In this document: positions 61,510 through 64,000 of the stretch, piece by piece
Layout: each line of letters begins with the position of its first letter
Numbering within the stretch: the stretch's first letter is position 1
Source: Takakia lepidozioides
Lineage: Eukaryota > Plantae > Bryophyta
NCBI GenBank assembly: GCA_030704615.1
Contig: CM060732.1
Coordinates: forward strand, 53,692,001 to 53,756,000
Direction of reading: 5' to 3'
Length of the DNA stretch: 64,000 nucleotides
Program-made: the position numbers and the translations under genes
Notes under the pieces: generated by a model
What the model saw: only the letters and a program-made list of their open reading frames with translations
What the model was told of the DNA's origin: nothing
Database searches by the model: none

Positions 61510-64000
61510 GGCTTGCGGGAGCGAATCGCCCTCGCAAGCCACGCGCTCCGAAGGAAAAAGCTAGGGATCAAGGTCCTGCAAGGCAAAGTGCCAGACTGAA
61601 GACGATGAAGACTACGATTTGCATGAGGGCTCTTCTGAGGACGATGAGGACGATCCACTCCTCCCACGCCAGTGCGAGGCGAGTGCGTCGTCGGCGGATG
61701 CCACGGCAAGCCGAGGAGAACATGCCCATGCTCATGTCGCAGGACAAAAACGCCCATCATCTACACTACGAACACCTTCTCCGTCTGTGAGTTATAGTTC
61801 TTCACAATGACCATGATTCAAATTATGTATGTTTTTGGTAAAATCACGAAGAGATAGGGTATGTTATGTCTGTCAAGACAGGGAAGTTGGACAATGCAGG
61901 GGTCAGCCAAGGCACAATCACAAATGATTTCCACTAGACAAGTTGAAGTGCCAAAGGCATGATGTCAGGCCAATGTAGACTTCAGGTGTGTTCAAATTCT
62001 TTGCCCCATGAAACCAACGTCCTGGTACTAAGCTACAATGGCTACTTATAGAGATACTTGGGTTACTTATGCACCCAGAATATCAGTAAAACTTGGAGGG
62101 ATACTTCTCATGGACCCATCAGGTTTGTCCATTTGAATTCTTGCTATGGATTTCAGGAACACCCCATACCTAAGAGGGCTCAAAAATGTACTGGGAGGAC
62201 ATCATTGGGGCCAATCAAATTTGGGAGATTTACTGCCCAAGATCATACTGAGTTTTGGGTAATCTTGTCTTTACAAATGATATGTGCTTCCAGTTTGTTA
62301 TTGAATTCAAGGATTTGCTGCTTGCTGCCTATATGTATGTGTAATCACCCACATTGTACTGGGGAATTTCTTTTCAGGGCAAGCACAAGCGCACTGGATC
62401 CACGATCCCTGCTGCTAGCAATGGAGATGGCGCCCACAAGAACGCAGGAGGTGGCCCTAACTCTCCCATCGTTGTGGGTTCTGTGCCACCAGTACCCCCA
62501 CCTTATTATGGTATGCCTCAGTACCCACAGTCTGGCACTCAGTATGGTCAGGGTCAATGGTGCTCCTCCATATGGGCAGTATGGCCAGTATCCTCCTCCA
62601 CCATATTTGCCACCCCCTAATAGCTATGGGGGTGGCAGGCCACCGGAATATCCTCCTGCTTATGGACAGTATGGCCAGTGGTCCTCGGCCTTCTGGCCAA
62701 CAGCCATGGCCACCAGTCCCTACTTGGCAGGATCCTGCTTTGAATTCTCCTGAGCGCACGGAGGTCTCTGAAGGAGGGGAGGGTGCCGTTTCAAAGAATG
62801 ATAGAACCAATGCTTTAAGGAGGGCTAATAGCTCAGCCAAAATTGAAGCTGCCAAGGTGAAGGAAGAGAGAATAGCTGCAGGTCTTCCTCCCACGGTGAT
62901 TTTGACGAACCTCAAAGGAGCCCCGTATGGTCAGACCCGGAATGTATGGCACGCTGCCCTTAAAGGACAGGCTTATCGCAAGCTAGATTGTTCCCTTGCC
63001 ATCAACAACCAACCTGATGAAGTTGTATACGAAATCAGAGATCACCTGGCTAAGCTATTTTCATATACGCCACACAAGTTAAAAGACTTCCACCTAAAAC
63101 AAACAATTGGCAGAATAATGAAGAGCCAGCGTTATGAAGCACACACTGCGTGGTTGGGTGGTAAGGGGAACCCATTACTGTATCTGACGAGGTATGGAAC
63201 AAGCTTGTAAGTTACTGGCAGACAGAGGTGTTCCACAAAGTGTCGGGCAACATGAAGAAGGCAAATGGTGCAATTCAGAATCCTACCAAGACTGGCCGTG
63301 GTGGGAAGGCAATGGTGGAAGCACGCTTGGTAAGTGGCATCATCACGACTCTGTATTTTGTTCCTCATTGAATTGCTATGTGTATATAGTCAGCCCTCAC
63401 ATTGCTTACTGACTTGTGGCATGGGTTTGTTTGTGGCATGGATTAATTTGTAGGAAACACTATCAGGGTGCCCTCCTACATTATATGAAATTCAAGAGGG
63501 TTCAGTGTCACGGTTGTCAGCTGGGAGTGACAGGCGGGTAAGTGTGTTTTCCACGTTTGCTAGAGTGGTTGCTGCATCATAGGTTGCTAGGGTTTTTTTC
63601 AGGCTTTTGGCCTGGGTTTTCTTTCCAATGGTTGTTCATGCTAGGTTTTTTTTTGTTTGATTCATACTTGGGCAAGTTTTCATGGATTGGCAGGAGGGAA
63701 GTCTCGCATATTCTACAGTAGTTGGCAGGATGGATGGCTTGGACAAACTGGTGGAATCACAAGGACGTGACATGGCAGAATTAAAATTACAGATGCAGAG
63801 TATGATTGAGTACCAGAAAGCCATTGTGACCAGATTGGGGATTAATCTACCAGGCGCAGGACCAGTGACATCTACGATGGATACGTCTGCTGTGACAGTA
63901 TCAAAATGTTTGGAATCCCAATTTCAGACTGGTGCTCACTCTAAGCCCTTATGTCTTCCTGTCACTGATGATCTTTTGAATTTGACCGAGCAGCAGCAGG
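61510..64000 (+). pseudogene. TnpA-like (Ptta/En/Spm) accessory gene, spliced, partial
   Basis: Pro/Tyr/Gly-rich exon, then VWHAALKG...IGRIMKSQRY and, in a shifted frame, VSDEVWNKLVSYWQT...SGNMKKA...PTKTGRGG..VEARL; coiled-coil-like exon at about 63690-63850. Confidence 0.65.

Larger units (their letters stand above)
52432..64000. mobile_element. CACTA (En/Spm) element; one terminus present, extends beyond the window
   Basis: Terminus CACTACAAGAGA at 52432, followed by GACTAC/AGTCA subterminal repeats; TnpD- and TnpA-like genes inside. Confidence 0.85.

Overview
Transposon-rich, intron-containing eukaryotic nuclear DNA. It is most likely a non-seed land plant: the embedded 18S fragment looks bryophyte-like and there is a PLS-DYW editing factor. 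The only clearly intact host ORF is a DYW-type PPR gene (6679-8739), whose original N-terminus appears cut off by a LINE insertion. Decayed host-gene fragments are ERDJ2/SEC63, homoserine kinase, PLATZ, peroxisomal 2,4-dienoyl-CoA reductase and PPR pieces. Mobile elements are a 5'-truncated LINE, a near full-length RTE-X-like LINE nested in an L1 remnant, hAT-type MITEs, a full Ty3/gypsy chromovirus (39270-46177), a copia remnant and the left part of a CACTA element. The most interesting object is a complete 13.9-kb Mutator-like element (24665-38553; long TIRs, 9-bp TSD). It carries a SWIM-type transposase of the family domesticated in angiosperms, a convergent multi-exon gene ending in a Ulp1/C48 protease, and a captured 5'ETS-18S rDNA fragment. 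Its introns and spacers are saturated with a CAGAC/GTCTG motif, an architecture reminiscent of the VANDAL/VANC sequence-specific anti-silencing system. Family assignments come from motif recognition only; no searches were run. Some frameshifts may be assembly errors.
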